A stretch of 48,788 bases of DNA from an uncultured Dehalococcoidales bacterium (lineage in GTDB: Bacteria; Chloroflexota; Dehalococcoidia; GIF9; AB-539-J10): assembly GCA_964648615.1 (NCBI GenBank), contig CAZYNG010000001.1:1-48788 (forward strand). Direction: 5' to 3'. A program made the translations under genes and the position numbers. A model generated the notes under the pieces. The model worked only from the letters and a program-made list of their open reading frames with translations. It did no database searches and had not been told where the DNA came from. Of this stretch, positions 1-8,951 are shown piece by piece; positions within the stretch are counted from its first letter, which is position 1, and each line of letters begins with the position of its first letter.

Positions 1-50
1 GTGGTTCACGAATATGGGGTGGCAAAATATCAAGCAGGGCGTCTAAGTCG

Positions 51-653
51 TCAGTTATTTCTCTTCGCAAATACACCTTCTTTAGTCAAATTGAGAAAGT
101 ATTCATGAAATCTCGAGTCATCAGTTAACTCAGGGTGAAAAGAGCAAGCGAGACAATTATTCTGTTTGGCTGCCACTATTGCACCGTTTGATAGCTGGCA
201 CACTATCTCTACTGCGGATTCTACTTCTATAATTAGCGGAGCTCGGATGAAAACGCCATGGAATGGATAATCCCCCAGTATCGGGATTGGCAGGTCAGTT
301 TCAAAGCTGTCCGCTTGCCGCCCGAATGCATTCCGCTCAACTTCAATATCCATGATTCCCAAGCTTCCATTTACTGAATTGGTTATCTTCTTGGCCAGAA
401 GCACCATTCCAGCGCACGTTCCTAGAATAGGTAAGCCCTGACAAGCGAGTTCTTTTATTGGCCTGGTTAAATTATAATCTTCCATGAGCCTGCTCATAGT
501 CGTGCTCTCTCCACCTGGAATTATCAACCCGTCTAATTTATCAAGTTGAGAAGGTAGGCGTATCGCAAGGGCATTAACACCTAATTGGGATAACACTGCA
601 ATGTGCTCGACAAAATCGCCCTGAACGGCTAAGACACCTATTCTCACTACCAC
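51..653 (-). CDS. pdxT: pyridoxal 5'-phosphate synthase glutaminase subunit PdxT
   Basis: 200-aa ORF with class I amidotransferase signatures (GGESTT, catalytic Cys in GTCAG, FHPE near the C-terminus). It overlaps the upstream pdxS by 7 nt, as in pdxST operons. Confidence 0.93.
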   Translation of the reverse strand: MVVRIGVLAVQGDFVEHIAVLSQLGVNALAIRLPSQLDKLDGLIIPGGESTTMSRLMEDYNLTRPIKELACQGLPILGTCAGMVLLAKKITNSVNGSLGIMDIEVERNAFGRQADSFETDLPIPILGDYPFHGVFIRAPLIIEVESAVEIVCQLSNGAIVAAKQNNCLACSFHPELTDDSRFHEYFLNLTKEGVFAKRNN

Positions 654-1528
654 CCTCTAGTGGCCAACAATTCTTCATCGGGTATAGCTCTTATGTCCAG
701 GCCACGCATAGGCTCTCCTAATCCCTTGGATACCTCAACAATGACTGACGGATCTTGATAATGGGTGGTTGCTTTGACTATGGCTCTTGCCCTGGCTGGG
801 GGGTCACTTGACTTAAAAATACCTGAGCCAACAAATACTCCTTCGGCTCCAAGCTGCATCATCAAGGCAGCATCAGTTGGTGTAGCTATACCGCCAGCGG
901 CGAAGTTCACCACGGGCAACTTTCCTGTGTTATGCACTTCCAGCACTAATTCTAACGGTGCGCCTAAAGCCTTTGCTTCGGCCACCAGCTCTTCCTCAGG
1001 CAGGGACTGAAGTCTGCGGATTCCATCCTGGACTGCCCGCATATGTCTTACCGCCTCAACAATATTTCCTGTCCCGGCTTCGCCTTTGGTTCTAATCATA
1101 GCTGCACCCTCAGCAATACGTCGCAATGCTTCGCCGAGGTCACGACAGCCACAAACGAAAGGAACCTTAAAATCGTGTTTCCAAACATGGTGGCTCTCAT
1201 CAGCGGGAGTGAGCACCTCGGATTCATCAATAAAATCTACCCCCAATGCTTCAAGTGCCTGAGCTTCAACAAAATGTCCGATGCGGCACTTGGCCATTAC
1301 CGGAATGCTTACTGTTTCCATTATGGACGCAATTATAGCTGGGTCAGCCATGCGAGCTACGCCGCCGGTGGCACGAATATCAGCGGGCACTCGCTCCAAC
1401 GCCATAACGGCGCAGGCGCCAGCATCCTCAGCAATTTTAGCTTGCTCCGCCGTGACTACATCCATAATCACCCCACCCTTTAGCATTTGCGCTAACCCGG
1501 TCTTGACTTTCCAGCTACCTTTTTCCAT
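647..1528 (-). CDS. pdxS: pyridoxal 5'-phosphate synthase lyase subunit PdxS
   Basis: 293-aa ORF with full-length PdxS/SNZ pattern ([40 protein letters not shown]-terminal ..ATRGW). It is paired with pdxT. Confidence 0.95.
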   Translation of the reverse strand: MEKGSWKVKTGLAQMLKGGVIMDVVTAEQAKIAEDAGACAVMALERVPADIRATGGVARMADPAIIASIMETVSIPVMAKCRIGHFVEAQALEALGVDFIDESEVLTPADESHHVWKHDFKVPFVCGCRDLGEALRRIAEGAAMIRTKGEAGTGNIVEAVRHMRAVQDGIRRLQSLPEEELVAEAKALGAPLELVLEVHNTGKLPVVNFAAGGIATPTDAALMMQLGAEGVFVGSGIFKSSDPPARARAIVKATTHYQDPSVIVEVSKGLGEPMRGLDIRAIPDEELLATRGW

Positions 1529-1575
1529 ATCTAATTAAATTATAAGCGAGCACGAAGGAAAAATCAAAAAATAGA

Positions 1576-1770
1576 TTAACTGCTCTTCCTTATTTCCTCC
1601 ATCTCCTTCTCCACCTCCTTTAGCTCTTCCTCTAATTCCATCTTATAATCCTCAAGAATACTAAGGTATTCCTCTTTACTTGGGAAGAGTCTTATCCCGT
1701 GAAAGCAGAAACCGAAGGGAGGAAAACCAAGTAGAATCTCCAGGACTTTCTGCGCCACATCTCTATTCAT
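1576..1770 (-). CDS. hypothetical small protein (hydrophobic/aromatic N-terminal part, acidic coiled-coil C-terminal part)
   Basis: 64-aa ORF whose ATG overlaps the rsmG stop by 8 nt (translational coupling). It lies in the same operon orientation as rsmG and pdxST. The C-terminal half, EEYLSILEDYKMELEEELKEVEKEMEEIRK, looks like a coiled coil. I recognise no family with certainty. Confidence 0.35.
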   Translation of the reverse strand: MNRDVAQKVLEILLGFPPFGFCFHGIRLFPSKEEYLSILEDYKMELEEELKEVEKEMEEIRKSS

Positions 1771-2497
1771 CTCCTATGATTGGACGTCTCGCTGGTGTGC
1801 CGGCACGCCGCGGATATTTTTCCGGCGAGGGATATATTTTATCAATGATTACCAGATAACGCCTATCGCTAAGTTCTTCCAGCTCTAGTTTTCTTACCTG
1901 GTTCAATTTCCCCCCCAAAACGTCAATGGCTTTACTTGCCTCTACTATTTCCTGCTCGACTTCGCCTTTCTTCTGAGCTACGAATTTGCCCCCAATGTGA
2001 CAGAAAGGCAATGCTAGTTCCACTAGTGTGGGCAATGAAGCCACGGCGCGGGAGACAACCAAGGTGAAATTTTCACGGAATAGTGGCTGGTGGGCTGTTT
2101 CCTCAGCTCTGCCTATTACTACCTCTACATGACTTAATTCCAATTGTTCAACAATGTGCTGAAGGAAAGTTGCCTTCTTAGCCTTGGAGTCGAGAAGTAC
2201 CAATCTCGACTGAGGAAGAAAAACCTTAAGAGGTATGCCAGGGAAGCCAGCGCCAGTGCCTATGTCGATAATGCTGAATCCAGGCTGTCTTAATTCCTCT
2301 TCTGTCAAAGCCAAAACCACAGTTAATGAATCGAGGAAATGTTTTGTCTGCACTTCCTGATAATCTGTTATCGTGGTGAGGTTAAACTTCTTGTTCCAAC
2401 TCACCAATTCTTGATAGTAAAGCTTAAATTGGGTTATCTGCTTGTCATTGAGATTTATGCCCAGCTTCTGAGCGCCGTCAATGAGTTTTTGCATCAT
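1763..2497 (-). CDS. rsmG: 16S rRNA (guanine527-N7)-methyltransferase RsmG (GidB)
   Basis: 244-aa ORF with the SAM motif IDIGTGAGFPGIPL and GidB-type N-terminal helices (L..Y...L..WN...NLT). Its start overlaps the upstream hydrolase gene by 4 nt. Confidence 0.9.
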   Translation of the reverse strand: MMQKLIDGAQKLGINLNDKQITQFKLYYQELVSWNKKFNLTTITDYQEVQTKHFLDSLTVVLALTEEELRQPGFSIIDIGTGAGFPGIPLKVFLPQSRLVLLDSKAKKATFLQHIVEQLELSHVEVVIGRAEETAHQPLFRENFTLVVSRAVASLPTLVELALPFCHIGGKFVAQKKGEVEQEIVEASKAIDVLGGKLNQVRKLELEELSDRRYLVIIDKIYPSPEKYPRRAGTPARRPIIGDE

Positions 2498-3129
2498 AGT
2501 GCTTCATCAAAGAAGGCAGCTACTTTTGCAGCAACGGTTGATTCATATCCCCACCAGAAGTGGTCTGCACCTTCAATGGTCTCCCATTTCTTAGGCTCGG
2601 GAAGGCTCTGGCAGAACTCAAGGAATTGAGCTAGAGGGGTGAAATTGTCCTCGCTCCCGGAGAGAAGAAGCTTAGGCTTGAAGCAATCTCTGAGGGGCTG
2701 GAAATCGAACATAGCAAGAGGTGGGGAAATTGCCGCCAGGACTCTAAGCCGTTCGTCATTGAAGCAAACAGGCAAAGCAAAGCCGGCGCCGGCTGAATAG
2801 CCAACGAGTCCAATCCTTTGTGAGTCTATTTCCTTCACTGAAGTCGCAAAGGAGATTGCTGCCCTGACATCCTCTTGCTCGCCAATTCCGTGACTAAACT
2901 CACCTTGACTTTTACCTACGCCACGGAAGTTAAACCTGAATGGGATGAGAGATTTTCGGCCAAGCGCTTCAAAGACGCTGACTACCACATTATTATTCAT
3001 ACTGCCGCCGAAGAGCGGGTGAGGATGACAGATTATCACTGCGGGAAAAGACACTGCATCTTCAGGTATGCCCAGTATGCCCTCTAGGGAAAGCTCACCA
3101 CAGGGGAATTTTACTTTCCTAGTTATCAC
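2494..3129 (-). CDS. alpha/beta-fold hydrolase (COG2945-like)
   Basis: 211-aa ORF with HPHPLFGGSMNNNVV near the N-terminus and the nucleophile elbow GYSAG, typical of the small uncharacterised alpha/beta hydrolase family. Confidence 0.75.
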   Translation of the reverse strand: MITRKVKFPCGELSLEGILGIPEDAVSFPAVIICHPHPLFGGSMNNNVVVSVFEALGRKSLIPFRFNFRGVGKSQGEFSHGIGEQEDVRAAISFATSVKEIDSQRIGLVGYSAGAGFALPVCFNDERLRVLAAISPPLAMFDFQPLRDCFKPKLLLSGSEDNFTPLAQFLEFCQSLPEPKKWETIEGADHFWWGYESTVAAKVAAFFDEAL

Positions 3130-3289
3130 TCTAATTACGATTCCACGGAGAATTTCTATGACTTTGCAATCATGCCATAGAACTCAGGTCTTCTGTGATT
3201 GATAAAATTTGTCCCTGCCTACTACCGAGGGCTAGAACTATTCCCCTTGTTTTTCTTCTTTGAGGAAAAGGGTATCACACCCTGGTTCT

Positions 3290-4498
3290 CTAAGCGTATG
3301 CTGAGAATCCCTTGCCCAGGATAGTGTAACCACTTATTAGCTTCATCATCTCGCTTGTGCCATCAGGAACCACCTGCATTCTGGCATCCCTGAAGTATCT
3401 CTCCAGGGGCAACTCCTGGGAAAGCCCATTTGCACCGTGAATTTGTATAGCGTGATATGTCACTTTGACCGCCGATTCACCTCCATATACTTTGGCCATT
3501 GAAGAAAGTCTCCTGGCATCTGGGTCTCCTTTGCTAATTGTATCAATAGCTTTATATCCCAGAAGTCTTGCTGTTTCAATCAAAAGGTTCATTTCATAGA
3601 GCATATTCTGAATCAGCTGGTGCTTGCCGATAGGTTTCCCAAATGTAACTCTTTCCTTAGCATAGTTTACCGAAGCTTCAAAAGCTGCCTGGGCTATCCC
3701 CACTGACATCAATCCCATTCCTGCCCTGGGCAGTGTGAGCAGTGCAGTGGTTGGTGTCATCGTGGTGAATAATTTCGCGTAGCCCGGCGACATCGCTGGC
3801 ATCTGGCCTTTGGAAGCCGCATTCTGCAATATGGCGCCCATCTCATTTTCCTTGGGAACTTTACAGTTATCAAAAAACATCTCTCCGGTGTCTGAGGCAT
3901 TCCATCCTATCTTGTGTAACGGGCTTGTCTCCCATGGAGAAACCTCTTTCTCTATTAGAAGGAAAGTCTGTGCTCCTGTTTCGGGATCTTTTACCCCTAC
4001 AAATGCTGTATCGCAAGTTACGGCATTGCTTATCCAGGTTTTTGTGCCATTAACGATGTAATAGTCTCCGTCGAGCTTGGCCGTGGTTTGAATGTCTCGG
4101 GTATCACACCCCGCCTCAGGTTCAGTCTCGGCGAAAGCCCCGACGAACTCTCCTTTTTCAAGCCTTGGAAGTACCCTGCTTTTCATATCATCCGAGGCTA
4201 ACGGGACAAAAGTTGCTGGAATGGCACCCATGCCGGAAAGCGGCAATAAACTTGCCCAAACCTTCGATATTTCTTCTGACATTATGCCGAATAACGTAGG
4301 GTCCAAATATGCCTTCATGTTTTCTGGGTCAATGCCGATACCTATCGCTTGGAACTTCTTGTTTATCTCTATTTCCTCTTCCCTGGTAAACGGCCCTTCT
4401 CTGTCCCTTTTATCAACTATGGGGCCGTATTCCCGTTGCATGAAGTCTCGAAGAGCATCCCTGAACATCCTTTGCTCTTCAGTTAAGTCGAAATCCAT
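3290..4498 (-). CDS. acyl-CoA dehydrogenase family protein
   Basis: 402-aa ORF with the N-terminal pattern DF.LTEEQ.MFRD..R.F, a middle beta-domain (G.K.WISNA) and a C-terminal helical domain ending (Q)IHGANG...E.PLERYFRDAR. An SD (GGAGGTG) lies upstream. Confidence 0.9.
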   Translation of the reverse strand: MDFDLTEEQRMFRDALRDFMQREYGPIVDKRDREGPFTREEEIEINKKFQAIGIGIDPENMKAYLDPTLFGIMSEEISKVWASLLPLSGMGAIPATFVPLASDDMKSRVLPRLEKGEFVGAFAETEPEAGCDTRDIQTTAKLDGDYYIVNGTKTWISNAVTCDTAFVGVKDPETGAQTFLLIEKEVSPWETSPLHKIGWNASDTGEMFFDNCKVPKENEMGAILQNAASKGQMPAMSPGYAKLFTTMTPTTALLTLPRAGMGLMSVGIAQAAFEASVNYAKERVTFGKPIGKHQLIQNMLYEMNLLIETARLLGYKAIDTISKGDPDARRLSSMAKVYGGESAVKVTYHAIQIHGANGLSQELPLERYFRDARMQVVPDGTSEMMKLISGYTILGKGFSAYA

Positions 4499-4714
4499 AG
4501 GACACCTCCTTGTTTTTCCTCGGCTTTAGCGTGATAATTCGCTGCTAATAGCTGGGCTCATTGCGCGATGATGCAATTCTACCTTGTTCTTCTTTTAAGG
4601 GCAACTGTGTATTGGTAGCCTCTTATTGTAACTATGGTGCAGTTCTAGCAATCGATGGCAAAAAAGGCAAGGCTACACCACAAATTTCAATTCAACGATG
4701 CGATTCCACCTTTG

Positions 4715-7384
4715 CTAGAGTTCCAAGGTTATTTTGATTTCATCTGAGGAATAAGGTTGTGTCATGAAACCGAGTTTTTTGGTTAGTCTTAGCATTTTCG
4801 TGTTGTCACGTAACGCGATCCCATAGATGCTTTTTAGCCCTTTCTCATGAGCTATACCTATCAACATGTCGGCGAGTTTTAGCCCCAAACCATTACCTTG
4901 GAAATCGTCAGCAACCAAAACAGCGAATTCACCTGTTTCGCCACCAGGTTGCATCATCAATCTTCCAACCCCCACGTTCCTTCTCTTACCGTTCGAGGTA
5001 TATTCGCCTATAATAGCCATCTCCCGCTCATAGTCAATGTTGCAGAACCTGGTGAGCATCCCATGTGTTATGTCTTTAATTAGATAGAAAAATCTAAACC
5101 TCATAGATTGTTCTGAAAGCCCTGCTATGAGTTCCCTTTCGAGTAATTCGTCCTCAGGCCTGATGGGTCTTAACAATACAACTCTTCCATCCCTACATCT
5201 CCATGGCTGGACATACCTAGTTGGGTAGGGAGATATTATCAAATGGCCATATTCCTGCATTCCTTTTCGTATTGCCTCTTCATCAAGAATTATTCTTGCA
5301 TCTAGGGCAATAGCGGCATTACTGGTCACAATTAATGGATTAATATCAATTTCGATTATCTCTGGAAAATCGATGAGCAGGTTTGAGAACTTTACTAACG
5401 TTTCCTCCAACAGTCGTAAGTTAACAGGCGGTTTGGTTCTGAATCCCTGGGATAGCATTTTATAAATCTTGGTTTGTTCCAGTAGTCTTCTAGCTAATAC
5501 CTGATTTAAAGGTGGTAATCCTACCGCAATATCTTTGAAGAACTCTGCCTCTATCCCTCCGAGGCCAAACATTATTACTGGACCAAAAATTAGGTCCTTT
5601 TTGCTCCCAACAATAAGTTCATAATCATAATTTGTGATCATCTTCTGCACGCTAACCCCTTGGACCTCAGCATCAGGTTTGAACTTCTTGACATTTTCCA
5701 CTATTTCATTGAATGCCTTTCTTACTTCGTCATCGGAGGCAATATTTAGCATGACTCCTTTGACATCTGATTTATGGACTATGTCGGGAGAGGATATCTT
5801 CATCACCACTGGATAACCAACTTGTGACGCTATCCTAGCAGCATCTTTAGCGTCTTTAGCTACATGTGCAGTGGCCGCTGAGATTCCATATGTTGTCAGG
5901 AACTTTTTTGAGTTTTCCTCAGTCAAGACTGTTCTGCCCCCCTTCACTGCCTTACGGATGAGTGTTTTTAGATAGTTTTTAGAAGGTCCTGTGTCGAGTG
6001 GTAATTCTTCAGGGGTTTCATATAATGCCTCCAGATTACGAGCATACTGGTACATATATAAATATGTTCTAATTGCTTCTTCAGGGAATTCATAAGTGGG
6101 GATTTTGCTCTCATAGAATAGCTGTCTTGCCCTGGCTACTTCTTCATCACCCATCCAGGTAGTCAGAATAGGCTTATTACTTTTAGCGTGCTTGATAATA
6201 GCCTTTGCTGCTTCGATGGGCCCAGCTCCACCTTGCGGTGTATATATAGCTATGACGCCGTCAACTCCGGGGTCTTTAACGATAACCCCGATAGTGTTCG
6301 TATATCTTTGGGAATCCGAATCTCCAAGAATGTCAACAGGATTAGATTTACTCCAGTTAGGGGGCAAGAACTCATTCAATTTGGTAAGCGCCCCATCGCT
6401 GAGCTGAGCTAAGTTACCGCCTCTGCCTATCAGGGTATCCGTGGCTAGCACTGCTGGGCCACCAGCGTTGGTTACCATAGCTAAATTTGGTCCTTTAGGT
6501 AGCTTAGCGGTGTTCAATATAGAAGCGCAGTTGAAAAGGTCCTCAATTTCTTCTACTCTCACGACACCAGCTCTACGAAAAACAGCATCATAGTACGAAT
6601 CTTCTCGTACCATAGCTCCTGTATGGGACTTGGCTGCCTTGACACTCTCTTGGAACCTTCCCCCCTTTAATACGATTATCGGCTTTGTTCTAGCGAAACC
6701 TCTAGCAGCACTCATGAATTTCTTGGCGTTTCCTATGGATTCTAAGTATATAATTATGCTTCTGGTCTCAGGATCCTCACCAAAGTAATCTATTAAGTCA
6801 CCGAAATTGATATCTAGCATAGAACCCAGTGAAACAAAGGCACTGAAACCAATACCTTTACTGATCGCCCAATCAAGGACGGCGGACCCTAGTGCACCGC
6901 TTTGTGACAAGAAGGCCACATGTCCAGGTTCAGGCATTCTGGTGGTGAATGTTGTATTTAAATTAGCGCTAGGTCTAATTACGCCCATGCAATTAGGTCC
7001 CATTATCCTAATATCATATCTGCTGGCTATATTTGCTATTCTATCTTCGCGCGATTTTCCATCTGCTCCTATTTCCTTAAAACCAGCGGAAATGATGATG
7101 ATAGCTTTGACACCAGCTTTGCCAATTTCTTCGACTAAATCAGCAACGCCTTTAGCAGGTGTAACAATGACAGCGAGACCAGGGAGTTCAGGTAATGAAT
7201 TTATGTCACGATAGCATTTTATGCCGAGTGCTTTTTCTCTATTGGGGTTTACAGGATATATTTTACGGCTATCCTTAGCCAGCAACAAATTTTCTAGAAT
7301 TATTTTCCCCACTGTGCCTTCCCTATCTGTAGCTCCAACCACAGCTACACTGCCGGGGTTAAAAAACAGCTTTATCTTTTCCAT
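4715..7384 (-). CDS. bifunctional NDP-forming acyl-CoA synthetase-like / GNAT N-acetyltransferase (Pat/PatZ-type architecture)
   Basis: 889-aa ORF. It has an N-terminal CoA-binding domain (VAVVGATDREGTVG), a succinyl-CoA-synthetase-like flavodoxin domain with SHTGA, an ATP-grasp beta-like domain (GYPVVMKI) and a C-terminal GNAT domain (QGNGLGLKL). Size and domain order match the about 886-aa enterobacterial Pat/YfiQ. Confidence 0.85.
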   Translation of the reverse strand: MEKIKLFFNPGSVAVVGATDREGTVGKIILENLLLAKDSRKIYPVNPNREKALGIKCYRDINSLPELPGLAVIVTPAKGVADLVEEIGKAGVKAIIIISAGFKEIGADGKSREDRIANIASRYDIRIMGPNCMGVIRPSANLNTTFTTRMPEPGHVAFLSQSGALGSAVLDWAISKGIGFSAFVSLGSMLDINFGDLIDYFGEDPETRSIIIYLESIGNAKKFMSAARGFARTKPIIVLKGGRFQESVKAAKSHTGAMVREDSYYDAVFRRAGVVRVEEIEDLFNCASILNTAKLPKGPNLAMVTNAGGPAVLATDTLIGRGGNLAQLSDGALTKLNEFLPPNWSKSNPVDILGDSDSQRYTNTIGVIVKDPGVDGVIAIYTPQGGAGPIEAAKAIIKHAKSNKPILTTWMGDEEVARARQLFYESKIPTYEFPEEAIRTYLYMYQYARNLEALYETPEELPLDTGPSKNYLKTLIRKAVKGGRTVLTEENSKKFLTTYGISAATAHVAKDAKDAARIASQVGYPVVMKISSPDIVHKSDVKGVMLNIASDDEVRKAFNEIVENVKKFKPDAEVQGVSVQKMITNYDYELIVGSKKDLIFGPVIMFGLGGIEAEFFKDIAVGLPPLNQVLARRLLEQTKIYKMLSQGFRTKPPVNLRLLEETLVKFSNLLIDFPEIIEIDINPLIVTSNAAIALDARIILDEEAIRKGMQEYGHLIISPYPTRYVQPWRCRDGRVVLLRPIRPEDELLERELIAGLSEQSMRFRFFYLIKDITHGMLTRFCNIDYEREMAIIGEYTSNGKRRNVGVGRLMMQPGGETGEFAVLVADDFQGNGLGLKLADMLIGIAHEKGLKSIYGIALRDNTKMLRLTKKLGFMTQPYSSDEIKITLEL

Positions 7385-7587
7385 GGTCTTCGCTCTATCC
7401 TTGCTAGTTAGCAGTCTGCTTGATTAATAATTTATGCACAGCCCCATATCCATTAATGTTATCGCTATTATAGTATCTCATACGGTCAGTGGAAGGGAAA
7501 TCTTTGCTTTCGTTAACCTTAGTAACACAGCCTGCCCCCTTTGACGCTTGCGAGCAAAATTGGTAAGCTACATAATTCAGGAGTGAA

Positions 7588-8934
7588 ATGAGCGGCAACG
7601 TGAGTATGGAGAAGATTGTCTCTTTGTGCAAGCGAAGGGGCTTTGTTTTTCCCAGCAGTGAAATCTACGGTGGGCTGGCCAGCTGCTGGGATTATGGACC
7701 CTTTGGAGTGGAGCTTAAGCGAAACATTAAGGATGCTTGGTGGAAGACTATAGTTCAAGAGCGAGACGATGTGCTTGGTCTGGAGACGAGCATCATGATG
7801 CATCCAAAAATCTGGGAGGCAAGCGGACACATCGATAGTTTCACTGATCCTTTGGTAGAGTGCAAGTCCTGCCACCTGAGGTGGCGAACTGAAGAACTAA
7901 GGGATGAAAAGTGCCCCAAATGTGGAGGTGAGTTAACTGAGCCCCGTATGTTTAATCTGATGTTCAAGACCTTCATGGGTCCCGTTGAGGATGAGGCAAG
8001 CACTATTTATCTCCGTCCTGAAACTGCTCAGGGAATGTTTGTCAATTTTGAGAATGTCGTAACTATTTCAAGGAAAAAATTACCTCTGGGAATTGCCCAG
8101 ATTGGTAAATCCTTTCGCAATGAGATTACACCGGGTAATTTTGTTTTCAGAACTAGAGAGTTTGAGCATATGGAGGTGGAATACTTCGTCAAACCCGGGG
8201 ATGACAAACATTGGTTCGATTACTGGGTAAAGGAACGGTTCAACTGGTATATTGACCTTGGCATCAAAAAGGAAAACCTCCGTTTACGACAGCATGGCAG
8301 AGATGAGTTAGCCCATTATGCTAAGGACTGCTATGACATTGAGTATCTGTTTCCTATGGGATGGGCAGAACTTGAGGGTATTGCTAATCGAGGAGATTAT
8401 GATCTAACCCAACATGCTAAATTTAGCGGCAAGGACCTCAGCTTTCATGATAATGAAAGTGGGCAGCACTATATTCCTTACATTATTGAGCCTTCTGCTG
8501 GTGTTGAACGTTCCTTTTTAGCTTTCCTCATCGATTCCTACCGTGAAGAAGTAGTGGAAGGTGAAAAAAGGGTAGTTTTGTCTCTCCATCCTTCTTTAAC
8601 TCCCATAAAAGTAGCTGTTCTGCCTTTAAGCAGGAATGAAAAGCTAACTCCTTTGGCCAAGGAGATTTATGGACGACTGCGTTCTAGCTTCATAACCTAT
8701 TATGATGATTCTCAAAGTATAGGGCGAAGGTATCGACGCCAGGATGAAATTGGCTCGCTGTTCTGTGTTACCATAGATTTTGAATCTCTGGAAGACCACC
8801 AGGTCACCATCCGGGATAGAGATAGCCTGGCACAAATCAGGGTGCCCATAGAGGAGCTTGAAAAGACTTTGCGAGCCAAGCTGAGTGGTGAGTCCTTTGA
8901 CGCTTCTCCATTATGGGCAACAAGGCAGAAATAA
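7588..8934 (+). CDS. glyQS: glycine--tRNA ligase (alpha2 homodimeric type)
   Basis: 448-aa ORF with the class II aaRS GlyQS pattern (F.FPSSEIYGG....WDYGP.G..LK.NI...W, ..FRNEI.PGNF.FRTREFE.ME.E.F, C-terminal anticodon-binding domain). AGGAG lies 4 nt upstream of the ATG at 7588. Confidence 0.93.
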   Translation: MSGNVSMEKIVSLCKRRGFVFPSSEIYGGLASCWDYGPFGVELKRNIKDAWWKTIVQERDDVLGLETSIMMHPKIWEASGHIDSFTDPLVECKSCHLRWRTEELRDEKCPKCGGELTEPRMFNLMFKTFMGPVEDEASTIYLRPETAQGMFVNFENVVTISRKKLPLGIAQIGKSFRNEITPGNFVFRTREFEHMEVEYFVKPGDDKHWFDYWVKERFNWYIDLGIKKENLRLRQHGRDELAHYAKDCYDIEYLFPMGWAELEGIANRGDYDLTQHAKFSGKDLSFHDNESGQHYIPYIIEPSAGVERSFLAFLIDSYREEVVEGEKRVVLSLHPSLTPIKVAVLPLSRNEKLTPLAKEIYGRLRSSFITYYDDSQSIGRRYRRQDEIGSLFCVTIDFESLEDHQVTIRDRDSLAQIRVPIEELEKTLRAKLSGESFDASPLWATRQK

Positions 8935-8951
8935 GGCTACTCTAGGTCAAG

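Noticed and set aside
1-107. Open frames at the extreme 5' edge (plus-strand [18 protein letters not shown].. running into pdxT; alternative frame ending at 44-46)
   Set aside because: There is too little sequence to recognise any family, and the longer frame would overlap the pdxT 3' end by about 57 nt. I left it unannotated.
3270-4111. 13-nt direct repeat GGGTATCACACCC (3270-3282 and 4099-4111)
   Set aside because: One copy lies just downstream of the acyl-CoA dehydrogenase stop and the other inside its coding region. The match is short, unextended and consistent with chance.
7385-7587. Possible T-box leader upstream of glyQS
   Set aside because: The 200-nt divergent spacer contains nothing resembling the T-box consensus (AANNNGGGTGGNACCGCG), and there is no terminator/antiterminator pair. 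The AGGAG RBS and a weak TTGACG-17-TAAGCT promoter suggest a short, plain leader.
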